This document shows, in pieces, positions 34,854-44,431 of a DNA stretch of 64,000 bases. The notes under the pieces were generated by a model, which ran no database searches, was not told where the DNA came from, and saw only the letters and a list, made by a program, of their open reading frames with translations. Source of the stretch: Cyanobacteriota bacterium (GTDB lineage: Bacteria; Cyanobacteriota; Cyanobacteriia; Cyanobacteriales; Nostocaceae); contig JBJOKS010000024.1 of assembly GCA_046045965.1 (NCBI GenBank), positions 35,281 through 99,280 on the forward strand, read 5' to 3'. The position numbers and the translations under genes were made by a program. Each line of letters begins with the position of its first letter. Position 1 is the stretch's first letter.

Positions 34854-35087
34854 ATGGCTAAATCTGATATTCATCCCCAGTGGTATCCAGAGGCAAAAGT
34901 CTACTGCAACGGTCAAGTTGTGATGACTATTGGTTCTACCAAACCCGAATTACACGTAGATGTTTGGTCTGGAAACCACCCATTTTACACAGGCACTCAG
35001 AAAATTATTGACGCTGAGGGTCGAGTTGAACGCTTTCTCCGCAAATATGGTATGTCCAGCGAGCAGGGCGACAAAAACAAAAAGTAG
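34854..35087 (+). CDS. rpmE: 50S ribosomal protein L31
   Basis: DIHPQWY...HPFYTGTQKIIDAEGRVERF. Confidence 0.98.
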   Translation: MAKSDIHPQWYPEAKVYCNGQVVMTIGSTKPELHVDVWSGNHPFYTGTQKIIDAEGRVERFLRKYGMSSEQGDKNKK

Positions 35088-35192
35088 CTGGTTGGCTGTA
35101 GCTTTTAACGACGACCCTGCATTGATGTAGGGTCGCTTGTCATTTAATGCAGTAGCCACACTTGTTATTTTTTAGGAGCAATCGCACGCGTC

Positions 35193-36287
35193 ATGGCTGA
35201 ATCATACCTGCTGGAGAAACTTAAATCTGTTGAACAAACTTTTCATGAATTAACTCGTCGCCTGGGCGACCCTGATACGACTAAAAACCCTGATGAGTAT
35301 CAAAAAATAGCCAAGTCTCGTTCTTCTTTGGAAGAAGTAGTTAATACTTACGAAACTTGGAAAACCGCTCAAGAAGAATTAATAGGGGCGCGTCAGGTAC
35401 TTAAAGAGGCAAATGGTGATCCAGAGTTGCAAGAAATGGCAGCTTTGGAAGTAAATGAACTGGAAGAAAAGATAGAACACCTAGAAAGTCGTTTGAAGGT
35501 GTTGCTGCTACCCCGTGACCCCAATGATGATAAAAACATCATGTTGGAAATTCGCGCTGGGACTGGTGGTGATGAAGCGAGTATTTGGGCTGGTGATTTG
35601 CTACGGATGTATTCCCGCTATGCTGATACTCAAGGCTGGAGAGTGAAGCTAGTCAGCGAGTCGCTGGGTGATATGGGCGGCTTCAAAGAAGTGATTTTAG
35701 AAATTCAAGGCGACAGCGTTTACAGTAAGCTGAAGTTTGAAGCTGGTGTACATCGTGTGCAGCGCGTCCCTGCTACAGAAGCTGGGGGAAGAGTTCACAC
35801 TTCTACAGCTACCATCGCTATTATGCCGGAAGTGGATGAAGTAGAAATTCATATTGACCCGAAAGATATTGAAATGAGTACAGCCCGTTCTGGTGGTGCT
35901 GGTGGACAAAACGTTAACAAGGTAGAAACAGCCGCTGACTTGTTCCACAAACCGACTGGAATCAGAATTTTTTGTACTGAAGAACGGAGTCAGTTGCAGA
36001 ACAAGGAACGGGCGATGCAAATTTTGCGGGCGAAACTCTATGAAATGAAGTTAAGGGAACAACAAGAAGCTGTCACTTCCATGAGGCGATCGCAAGTAGG
36101 TACAGGTTCCCGTTCTGAAAAAATTCGCACCTACAATTATAAAGATAGCCGGGTAACTGACCACCGTTTAGGTCAAAATTTCACTCTTAACCCTGTCTTG
36201 GAAGGTGATTTAGAAACTTTAGTTCAATCTTGTATTTCTCAGGATCAACAGGAACGTTTAGCAGAATTAGCTGCTTCTAATAACTAA
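35193..36287 (+). CDS. prfA: Peptide chain release factor 1
   Basis: [14 protein letters not shown] anticodon motif (VPATE); GGQ. Confidence 0.99.
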   Translation: MAESYLLEKLKSVEQTFHELTRRLGDPDTTKNPDEYQKIAKSRSSLEEVVNTYETWKTAQEELIGARQVLKEANGDPELQEMAALEVNELEEKIEHLESRLKVLLLPRDPNDDKNIMLEIRAGTGGDEASIWAGDLLRMYSRYADTQGWRVKLVSESLGDMGGFKEVILEIQGDSVYSKLKFEAGVHRVQRVPATEAGGRVHTSTATIAIMPEVDEVEIHIDPKDIEMSTARSGGAGGQNVNKVETAADLFHKPTGIRIFCTEERSQLQNKERAMQILRAKLYEMKLREQQEAVTSMRRSQVGTGSRSEKIRTYNYKDSRVTDHRLGQNFTLNPVLEGDLETLVQSCISQDQQERLAELAASNN

Positions 36288-36310
36288 TTTTCACTTTTAA
36301 ATATCCTATA

Positions 36311-36359
36311 AATCCGCTTATTTTACTGTTAATTTTAACACTACTAATAGGCGGTTTTC
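36311..36359 (+). terminator. Hairpin terminator after prfA
   Basis: ccgcttatt...aataggcgg followed by ttttct. Confidence 0.55.
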
Positions 36360-36431
36360 TCATCAGCTAAAACGCACCTAATTTAAATATTTGGGCCGGC
36401 AGGATGCCCACCCCACAAGTTGTCAGCTTAT

Positions 36432-36474
36432 TTTGTCAGAATCAGGATATCCAGGATAAAAGGATTTTCAGGAT
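36432..36474 (+). repeat. R1 dispersed repeat, single copy
   Basis: tttgtcagaatcaggatatccaggataaaaggattttcaggat. Confidence 0.85.
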
Positions 36475-36498
36475 TGAGATTGACCTTTTTTTAAATCA

Positions 36499-37011
36499 TT
36501 AATCCCACCAATAAGCAATAACTACACCATCTCGCTGTTCCCAAAGTGACTCACCTTCCAAACCACCTTGTAACCTCATTTGTAACCTGCGCTGAAGACG
36601 CAAACCATATTCTTCATTATTACCATCAGTAATATCCACTGAATCTGCACGCCACTTTTTACCCAAATCCAAAAGCTGAGAAACTATAGTATCTTGGTTT
36701 TCTGTTAATATGTAGAGAGTATCCGCAGGATAAGGAATAAAGTGAATTATACTTGATTCTGGCATGGGGCGATAATTTGCCATTGCTAATAAAGTATCCA
36801 CCAAACCACCAAAACTTAAACCATGTTCATCGGGTGCAAAAATCGGTTTTGTAAATAAAAAACTCGCCCATAAATGGGCATTTTGAATAAGATCCTGAAT
36901 AACTTCTTCCCCGTTAAATTGATTAAAGCGACGTTGCCATACTAAGGCTGCAAAAAGTTCCTGGGGACTGTATTCTTGAGCTAAGGTTTGAATTTTAGAG
37001 AGGTTTAACAT
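36499..37011 (-). CDS. Hypothetical protein ending in WWD
   Basis: 170-aa ORF starting 7 bp downstream of higA, same strand. Confidence 0.75.
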   Translation of the reverse strand: MLNLSKIQTLAQEYSPQELFAALVWQRRFNQFNGEEVIQDLIQNAHLWASFLFTKPIFAPDEHGLSFGGLVDTLLAMANYRPMPESSIIHFIPYPADTLYILTENQDTIVSQLLDLGKKWRADSVDITDGNNEEYGLRLQRRLQMRLQGGLEGESLWEQRDGVVIAYWWD

Positions 37012-37018
37012 AATATCA

Positions 37019-37315
37019 TTAATTAGTCATTTCCTTTAAGGCTAAATTAATTATTTCCTCACTTACTCCGTGACGTTTCAAATTTTCAATAAAATCAGCT
37101 ATTCCCTGATTACGACTTTCTAAATAATATAAAATTGCGGCGATGGGAGATGGAGGATCTATAGGATAATGTTTTTGTTCATAAACTTCTACTAAAGTTG
37201 TTAAAATATCTAATTTTTCATATTCCGGTGTATTTGGTTCAGCCTCAAAAATCTGTTCAATTTCTTTTAATGCTTGTTGATAATCCGTTTCATTTTTAAT
37301 CGTTTTCAAGTTCAT
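37019..37315 (-). CDS. higA: HigA-like antitoxin (N-terminal domain; HTH not evident)
   Basis: IKNETDYQQALKEIEQIF...LDILTTLVEVYEQKHYPIDPPSPI; directly downstream of higB. Confidence 0.8.
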   Translation of the reverse strand: MNLKTIKNETDYQQALKEIEQIFEAEPNTPEYEKLDILTTLVEVYEQKHYPIDPPSPIAAILYYLESRNQGIADFIENLKRHGVSEEIINLALKEMTN

Positions 37316-37329
37316 AATATTAAACCTCC

Positions 37330-37623
37330 TTAAATAATTGTAGCATCTATTTTGTTATATTCTTGGTGAGTGCCAATAAAGCGAATAAAAATAATGCCAA
37401 TGTCATAACGAACATGGACGATTAAACGATAATTGTTACCTTTAATATTAAAAACTACACGATTATTGGCGATAATACTGGCATTAGCATATATTTCTTT
37501 AATATCTGATGGACTTTGCCAATTAGCACGAGCCGCATCATCAAACCATGCTTTTAAAGGTTGTTCTGTATCAGGATGTTTTTCCCAATATTCTCTTAGT
37601 GTACTTCTAGCAATGATTCTCAT
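37330..37623 (-). CDS. higB: HigB family mRNA interferase toxin
   Basis: MRIIARSTLREYW...RVVFNIKGNNYRLIV...IRFIGTHQEYNKI. Confidence 0.93.
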   Translation of the reverse strand: MRIIARSTLREYWEKHPDTEQPLKAWFDDAARANWQSPSDIKEIYANASIIANNRVVFNIKGNNYRLIVHVRYDIGIIFIRFIGTHQEYNKIDATII

Positions 37624-37802
37624 GATAATATTGTTTTTTTAGAAAGATATTTAAGAGTGATAATTAATTGATAGGGTATTTGTAGTTGGTGTATAAGATA
37701 ATAACAAAAAAAGCGATACCTTTGGTAAGCTACCGCTAAAAATCTTTATTGTGGTTACAGACTGCTTATTTGTTAGCTGACCTACCCACCATGAAATGAA
37801 TT

Positions 37803-37825
37803 ATGGCTTACGCCACGCTACGCTA
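37803..37825 (+). mobile_element. 23-nt SDR-like insertion in a palindromic repeat
   Basis: Removal restores the perfect hairpin CCATGAAAT-GA-ATTTCATGG. Confidence 0.8.
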
Positions 37826-37967
37826 TCATGGCTAATAGTCAAAGTTTACTCAAGTAAACTATAAATTTATGGGTATTTTTAGTCATCTAAAGATGACTTT
37901 TCCTATTAGACTGGGAATTAATTCCCAGTCGGGTTATTGGTTTTACGTTAAGTTGACACCAATAGTA

Positions 37968-38381
37968 ATTTACCGGAATTTATGTTAATTCTTGATGAAG
38001 AGGGTTTTTTGTGAGAATCAGGATATCCAGGATGAAAGGATTAACAAGATATTTTTAACAAAATCTGCGTTTATCTGCGTTCATCTGCGTTCAATTATTC
38101 TGATTCTGTACTGAAAGCGATTTACCGGAATTTATGTTAATTCTTGATGAAGAGGATTTTGATCTTTTTGTCAGAATCAGGATATCCAGGATGAAAGGAT
38201 GAACAGGATTAAGATTGACAATATTTTTTTACTCATCCTGTAAGTAAATCATTAAATGTGAGAACCAGGATTAATAAGATTATAGAGAATTTAGAGGATA
38301 AATAAAAAATTAACATAATTGATTATGTATTTTCTAACTATCCTGTAAATCCTCAAATCCTGTAAATCCTGATTCAAACAA
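37968..38381. repeat. Repeat cluster: ~150-bp-period duplication, three R1 copies (38008-50 +, 38167-209 +, 38340-81 -) and an ATCTGCGTTY array
   Basis: atttaccggaatttatgttaattcttgatgaagagg occurs at 37968 and 38120, each followed by R1. Confidence 0.85.
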
Positions 38382-38382
38382 T

Positions 38383-40611
38383 CTACGCTTCAATTACAAC
38401 TCGTAAATTCCCCCTTTTATTCGCAACTCTACAGGAAGTCGTACTACCCACTCGCTCAAATTCTAAATCAAGAATCGTCGCACCAACACGCAAATTATGC
38501 AACGATAAACGATTAATTGATTCCGGCAAAGCAGGGTCAATAATTCGTAAACAATTATTCTGTGCATCTGGGACTAAATTCACCATCATTTGCAACAATT
38601 GAAAAATACTACCTGTAGCCCAAGCTTGCGGACTACAAGCAACAGGATATTGAACAGGTGCATTATCCCCATTCATTTCATAACCACAAAATAATTCCGG
38701 TGGACGTTGATAAGACTGCTGAGAAGTCATATTAAACAAACCTTGAAATAATTCCAAAGCTTGATCAATTAAACCCAAAGAACGCAATCCCATCGCAATT
38801 AAAGAATTATCATGTGGCCACACTGAACCAATGTGATAACCCATTGGATTATAAGCAGGTGACAAACTACTTAAAGTTCTAATTCCCCAACCATTAAACA
38901 TATCAGGCGCTCGCAATCTTTCCGCCACACTGTATGCTTTCTCTGGGGTAAAAATTCCCAAAGATAAACAATGTCCGGGATTAGAACTAATACTATCTAC
39001 TTGATTTCCTTCCCCATCTAAAGCTAAAGCACAAAAATCTTGATCTTCTATCCAAAAATCTTTGTTAAATCTAACTCTGAGATTTTTAGCTTCTTCTAAC
39101 CAAGTTTCCGCTAAATCTAGCCGCTTTTTCATCTTCGCTATTTCTGCTAATTTGATTTTTGCAGCATAGACATAAGCTTGCACTTCACAAAGAGCGATCG
39201 CCCCTTGGGCTAACTCACCTTTTCTATTAACAATACAATCGCCAGAGTCTTTCCAACCTTGGTTAACTAAACCACCTTTTGATTTACGATTATAGCTAAG
39301 ATAGCCTGTTTCTTGAATATTTCTATCAATCCAGTCCATTGCGGATAAAGCATTTCTCCACAGTGTTTCTAGTGTTTCTTGATCATGAGTCCAGGCATAG
39401 TAATCAGCATACAACATCAACCATAAAGGCGTTGCATCCACTGTTCCATAATAAGGTGTATGGGGAATTTCTTGACACCTTGCTAATTCTCCAAACCGCA
39501 ATTCATGTAATATTTTCCCTGGTTCTTCTTCCCGCCAATCATCTTCTTTTTTACCTTGATATTCTGCCAAGATCATTAAAGTTTCTTTAGCGATTTGGGG
39601 ATTTAACATCAAAGTTTGGGAAGCAGTAATAATAGAATCCCTGCCAAACAAAGTAGAAAACCAAGGAACACCAGCAGAAACGGTTTTATTTTTGCCAAAA
39701 GATTGGCGTAATAAATACAAATCTTGTTCTGCTCTTTCAACCACACGATTGAAAAAACTTTTATCTGAGTGAATGCGGGTAATTTGTTGTACCCAGTTCT
39801 GCTCCTCCATTAATTCAGAAGCTTTTGCTTGTGCCAAAGTTGTGGCAGCATTGACATTAGAAATCGGTTGATTATTGGTTAAACTCTGCAACCGATAACC
39901 GAGTTTTTTAGTTTCGTGAGAAGCTAATTCTAAACGCCAAATTGCAGTATAACCTTGAAAATGATCTGGTAGTTGGTGTTGGAATTGTATCCGGGATTCC
40001 ATCACCGCACCATCTAAACCTTGATAAGCAAGGCTGAGGTTTTCTGAACAGTTTTTTAGTTCTGCTAAACGTAATAATATACCGCGTTTTTTTCGGTGAT
40101 GACCCCGGACTTCAAATAAATCCGCAAAGTCAGCATCAAAGCTGAGGCTAATTTCAAAAGTAATACTGTTGGTACTGTAGTTAGCAACTTCTATTTCTTC
40201 AAATAATGCCCCATTAAGCACTATTTCCCGACGAATGCCAATAGTATCAGCATTTAAGTGATCATCAATTTTGGGGTTAGTGCATAAAACAGAGAGCGCA
40301 AAACCTTTATCCGCAGTGCTGCTTAATAAAACAGGCGATCGCCCATTAATTTGTAACTCTAAACGACTCAAAAATCGCGTATCAGCACAAAACAAACCCA
40401 CACTAGGATTCTCATCAGTCAGGGAACAACCGGAAATGTTCCCCATTGTATCTGTCACCAAAAATAAATCATCATCTTTAACCGTTAAAGTGGGCTGTGG
40501 TCTTTCACTGACAACACAAGGCCATTCTGGAATAGATAATTTTTCTGCGGGAATAAAAGTTCTACCATCAAGGACGATTTTATCGGCAGTCGTTAATAAA
40601 TCCAGTGTCAT
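38383..40611 (-). CDS. Amylo-alpha-1,6-glucosidase / glycogen debranching family protein
   Basis: AGVPWFSTLFGRDS; EEPGKILHELR; YYGTVDATPL; NQGWKDS; YHIGSVWPHD; YPVACSPQAWA. Start placed at MTLDLL because the upstream extension is translated repeat. Confidence 0.92.
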   Translation of the reverse strand: MTLDLLTTADKIVLDGRTFIPAEKLSIPEWPCVVSERPQPTLTVKDDDLFLVTDTMGNISGCSLTDENPSVGLFCADTRFLSRLELQINGRSPVLLSSTADKGFALSVLCTNPKIDDHLNADTIGIRREIVLNGALFEEIEVANYSTNSITFEISLSFDADFADLFEVRGHHRKKRGILLRLAELKNCSENLSLAYQGLDGAVMESRIQFQHQLPDHFQGYTAIWRLELASHETKKLGYRLQSLTNNQPISNVNAATTLAQAKASELMEEQNWVQQITRIHSDKSFFNRVVERAEQDLYLLRQSFGKNKTVSAGVPWFSTLFGRDSIITASQTLMLNPQIAKETLMILAEYQGKKEDDWREEEPGKILHELRFGELARCQEIPHTPYYGTVDATPLWLMLYADYYAWTHDQETLETLWRNALSAMDWIDRNIQETGYLSYNRKSKGGLVNQGWKDSGDCIVNRKGELAQGAIALCEVQAYVYAAKIKLAEIAKMKKRLDLAETWLEEAKNLRVRFNKDFWIEDQDFCALALDGEGNQVDSISSNPGHCLSLGIFTPEKAYSVAERLRAPDMFNGWGIRTLSSLSPAYNPMGYHIGSVWPHDNSLIAMGLRSLGLIDQALELFQGLFNMTSQQSYQRPPELFCGYEMNGDNAPVQYPVACSPQAWATGSIFQLLQMMVNLVPDAQNNCLRIIDPALPESINRLSLHNLRVGATILDLEFERVGSTTSCRVANKRGNLRVVIEA

Positions 40612-40640
40612 GAGAAGTAGAGTGTGGTGTGTGAGGAACG

Positions 40641-40762
40641 TAGGGGAGGTAGGGGAAGCAGGGGAAGCAGGGGAAGCAGGGGAAGCAGGGGAAGTAATGG
40701 GGGGTAAATAACCCAACCCAGTCACCAATCACCAATCACCAGTCACCAGTCCCCAGTCACCA
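40641..40762 (+). repeat. (GGGGAAGCA)n 9-mer array plus TCACCAA/TCACCAG heptamer array
   Basis: Directly visible. Confidence 0.85.
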
Positions 40763-41011
40763 ATAAATCTATACCTTTTACATCTGAAGTCAAGGCTGAA
40801 AACTGAGGATTTTCAAGGGTTTTATTCTTTGAGCAGCATTGAGAGATACTAGACCTGGGAAATACTCATAAATATGTTTAGTCAATGTTTAGTTAAAAAA
40901 TTTTTGAGTTTTGTCAATGGTCAACAGTCACCAAACTTACAGAGGTAGTTTTTGGGTTAATATCTGGACAGGTGCTTTTCAAAGGTCTAGATTGGGCGTT
41001 TAAAGATATTC

Positions 41012-43012
41012 ATGAGCATTTCGACTTCTGTGCTGAGTGATTTGCTACAGTCACTACCCTACTTGCGGACTCAGTTGTATTTCAAGGCTTCCCTAACTGC
41101 GCTCTCCCATGCAATGGAAGATCAGGTTTTGGCGACGACCTTGGATAAGCCGCTTATTATTGCTAGTTTTCAGCGAGAGCGATTTTATCGTCAAGAAGCT
41201 CATCGCTATCAACGCCTTGCCGAGAGAAGTGATCAAATATACGTATTATCTGCACCAGAAACAGAGTTTGCTAATAGTTCGGATGACTATGAAAAGGTGG
41301 CTTTTGAACCGGATGATGCTTTAAGTAAAGAATGGCATTTAGTTGTAATCGCGGATAATTATGCCACTTGTTTAGTGTGTCGAGAAAGTGTGAGGTCAAT
41401 TGTCAAAAATCAGCAGTTACCGGAAATTCCCCCTGGTTTAGACATGGACACAGCGCGGAGATTTGAGGGAATTTGGACTTCTGAGCGAGGAGTCAGTCTC
41501 AAGTCCGCAGAATTGATATTAAAAAGAATAGAGGTTTATAGACCCGATTTAACGGGCAAAATTAATCAGGTACGTCAGAGGTTTGGTATCGGTTCAGTAC
41601 CACTCAAGTCTCAACCAAAATCGCTCGATGAATCTGCTTTAAATATTGATACTGACCCTTTTGTACAGCGATTGGTGACTTACCTGCAAGCTAGTCAATA
41701 TAAATTGCATAAAGCTTATCGTTCTCTTGCTGCTCAAGCTAGAAAAGAAAAGCTGATCAATTCTATTAGCATGGCAATTAGGCGATCGCTTGATCCTCAA
41801 GCAGTTTTGCAAGTAGCTGCTCAAGAATTAGGTCAACATCTAGAAGCTGATCGTTGTTTGATTTATCGCGCTCAAGCTACCGATGCCCAAGCAATAATTG
41901 AACATGAGTTTTTAAGTCCTGGTGTGATTTCTGTGCGGGGACAAACCTGGAATTTGGCACAAAATCCTTTATTTCACGAAATTACCCAACTAGGTGAAGG
42001 TATATGTATTACTGATACACTTACTGATTATCGCGTTACCAGTTCTACCGCACTTTCTTTAATTGTCAAAAGGTTTACTATTCATTCGTGGTTGATAGAA
42101 CCTGTATTTTCCCAGGGGCGACTACTGGGAATAGTAGAGTTACATTTTTGTAATTTACCTGCCCATGAATGGCAAGCCGGAGAATTGGATTTAGTTAAGG
42201 CGATCGCTACTCAAGTAGGTGCAGCTTTAATTCAAGCAGAAGCTTTTGCTAACTTAGAAGAACTAAATAAACAATTAGAAGCCCTTGACCGTACCCGCAG
42301 TAATTTAATTGCTATCACCGGTCATGAACTCCGCACTCCCCTTTCCACCATTCAAGTGTGTTTAGAAAGTCTGGCCAGTGAACCGGATATGCCTTTAGAG
42401 TTGCAACAGGTAATGTTAAGTACAGCACTTTCTGATTCAGAAAGAATGCGTAAACTGGTGCAAGATTTCCTCACCCTTTCTAATTTAGAAAGCGGTCGTG
42501 TAGAATGGCATCCCGAATCTTTAACTTTACAGGAATGTGTAGATTTAGCCCTTAGTCGTCTACGTACACGCTCCGCATCGGAAAAACCGCCAACCATCAA
42601 AACACAAATTGCTGAAACTTTACCTTTAGTTAGGGCTGATGGTGATTGGCTAGTGGAAGTATTAGCAAAAATTATAGATAATGCTTGTAAATTTACACCC
42701 ACATCAGGGCAAATAACCATTGAAGCCCGTCAAAATGAAAATTATGAGGTAGAAGTGATTGTAGCTGATACTGGTAGGGGAATTGAACCCAATCGCTTAG
42801 AAATAGTATTTGACCGCTTTTATCAAGAAGAGGGAGCTTTGAGGCGGACTGCGGGAGGTACAGGACTGGGTTTAGCCATTTGTAGGCAAATAGTCAACGG
42901 TTGGCACGGGAAAATTTGGGCTGAGTCTCAAGGTAAGGATAAAGGAAGTCAGTTTCATTTCACTATTCCCATTGTTCAGAGTAGTCAGGAGGTGGAGAAA
43001 ATCAAAAGATGA
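41012..43012 (+). CDS. DICT-GAF sensor histidine kinase
   Basis: N-terminal LSHAMED...ASFQRERFY...EWHLVV (DICT); GAF; GHELRTPL; DNACKFT; GGTGLGLAIC. Confidence 0.93.
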   Translation: MSISTSVLSDLLQSLPYLRTQLYFKASLTALSHAMEDQVLATTLDKPLIIASFQRERFYRQEAHRYQRLAERSDQIYVLSAPETEFANSSDDYEKVAFEPDDALSKEWHLVVIADNYATCLVCRESVRSIVKNQQLPEIPPGLDMDTARRFEGIWTSERGVSLKSAELILKRIEVYRPDLTGKINQVRQRFGIGSVPLKSQPKSLDESALNIDTDPFVQRLVTYLQASQYKLHKAYRSLAAQARKEKLINSISMAIRRSLDPQAVLQVAAQELGQHLEADRCLIYRAQATDAQAIIEHEFLSPGVISVRGQTWNLAQNPLFHEITQLGEGICITDTLTDYRVTSSTALSLIVKRFTIHSWLIEPVFSQGRLLGIVELHFCNLPAHEWQAGELDLVKAIATQVGAALIQAEAFANLEELNKQLEALDRTRSNLIAITGHELRTPLSTIQVCLESLASEPDMPLELQQVMLSTALSDSERMRKLVQDFLTLSNLESGRVEWHPESLTLQECVDLALSRLRTRSASEKPPTIKTQIAETLPLVRADGDWLVEVLAKIIDNACKFTPTSGQITIEARQNENYEVEVIVADTGRGIEPNRLEIVFDRFYQEEGALRRTAGGTGLGLAICRQIVNGWHGKIWAESQGKDKGSQFHFTIPIVQSSQEVEKIKR

Positions 43013-43259
43013 GGAAATAGGGGGGAGTAGGGAAGATGCAGAAAATGTTGGTATTTTTCCTGACTCATCTCACCTATAATTTTTCATGCGATCGTATACT
43101 AAACGAGACATTTTTGGAAAAATTTTCTCATCCTGAGCATAAGCTTTGTCATCTCCAAAAATGGCTATAACGATAAATTTATGTTGATCGTCTACTGTTA
43201 ACACTATTACTATTTTGAATTATTTATGACATTGTGCAATTACATGAAAATTATAAAAC

Positions 43260-43757
43260 TTAACTAATTCTCCTTACAGTGTTAATGTCTGATAGCTTCA
43301 GTTTTCCATTTTCCAGTCGTAAAATATAACGAATCAAGGTAGTATCAAGTCTTGAATTTTCTTTAACTACTTTGCCATTTTTTCCATACATAGTTCTCTG
43401 TTCAGTAATAATAACCTCAATAACTGCTTCATTATTATATTGTTCAAATCTTTCTACGGAATCAATTCTTTGCAAACCATAGGTATAGTAAAAATTGCGA
43501 TTACGCAACCATTCTAAAGAGCTTTCTGGTTCTCCATTACTGTTAGGTCCTCTGATCTTATCTCTATATGCTTTACCTGTAGTTAGTTCTGCACCAAGTT
43601 GCTGATCATAAGGATATGCAAATAGTCTTCTTTTTGCTTGTAACCATGTATTAACAAAATTCACAGCATCTTGCTGAGAAATTGATTGCACCTCCGGGGT
43701 AGGTGTGGGAATTGAAATAGGTGAAGGTGTTGCTGATGATGAAACATTTACTTGATT
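43260..43757 (-). pseudogene. ARC6/DUF4101 (IMS)-like C-terminal domain fragment, 5'-truncated
   Basis: Pro-rich linker then AVNFVNTWLQAKRRLFAYPYD...SLEWLR...YYTYG...RYILRLENGKLKLSD; no credible start or N-terminal domain. Confidence 0.65.
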
Positions 43758-43925
43758 ATAGAAAAAGGTCAAGTTCCACCACGCGGTAATATGGGTCTTG
43801 TTCCTTCTCAAGAACTAAATTTTGATTTAAAATCAAAGGTATTAGGAAAAGGTGGTGATAGAAGATTTCACGGAAAGTTTATAGAAGGAGTGCTACACTT
43901 TCCAGGTTTTGTAACAGAACATTAA
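43752..43925 (+). pseudogene. Unannotated 57-codon frame, possible toxin (RNase-like) C-terminal fragment
   Basis: Manual translation (L)IIEKGQVPPRGNMGLVPSQELNFDLKSKVLGKGGDRRFHGKFIEGVLHFPGFVTEH*; stop is 12 nt before the next ATG, with GAGG in between. Confidence 0.5.
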
Positions 43926-43937
43926 CTGAGGTTCAAT

Positions 43938-44330
43938 ATGACAAAAATAGAATTAAAAGATCATCCTGTTTGGCAAGATTTAAGTGAGGTTTTAGTAAAT
44001 CTCAATCCTGATACTCTGATCAGAGAACATTTGAATTTATGTAATTATCAAATATGTGGATATTGGGATGAGAATGATCAATATTATGAAACAGTTAATT
44101 TACCTTTTAACATAGAAACCGAATTAGCTAGTAGTTCTCTTGGTGTTACTCGTGAACAAAGATTTATCCAATTAAAATTTGTCATCAAAGGTTTTATTGA
44201 TAATCATTTACAGGAATCGCAAGATATCGGTGAGGTTATACTTATGTATAATGAAAATTTGGAATTTATTGATGAAACTTGGTATTTAAATCCTAATTTT
44301 TTGCAAAATACACTTTTAGATAAAACCTAG
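43938..44330 (+). CDS. Acidic hypothetical protein (possible antitoxin/immunity)
   Basis: 130-aa ATG ORF with GAGG SD. Confidence 0.75.
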   Translation: MTKIELKDHPVWQDLSEVLVNLNPDTLIREHLNLCNYQICGYWDENDQYYETVNLPFNIETELASSSLGVTREQRFIQLKFVIKGFIDNHLQESQDIGEVILMYNENLEFIDETWYLNPNFLQNTLLDKT

Positions 44331-44357
44331 ACACTTGTTGATAAAATCCCAGTTTAC

Positions 44358-44400
44358 ATCCTGTTCATCTTTTAATCCTGGACATCCTGATTCAGACAAA
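44358..44400 (-). repeat. R1 dispersed repeat, single copy
   Basis: atcctgttcatcttttaatcctggacatcctgattcagacaaa. Confidence 0.85.
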
Positions 44401-44431
44401 TAAAACTTACATTATTAGGGGAACTTAAACC

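Noticed and set aside
34854..35087. L31 lacking the four Zn-binding cysteines
   Set aside because: Usual form in cyanobacteria
18854..36020. Antisense and shadow ORFs within ribosomal genes (e.g. 18854-19414, 26547-26984, 30680-31048)
   Set aside because: Expected by-products of conserved coding strands; no SD or motif support
18205..36287. Absence of rpsJ, rpsN, rpmD, map and rpsD from the operon
   Set aside because: Normal cyanobacterial organisation; these genes lie elsewhere or are absent
40612..40728. SPASPASPA N-terminal extension of the glucosidase
   Set aside because: Translation of the 9-mer repeat; the real start is most likely ATG 40611
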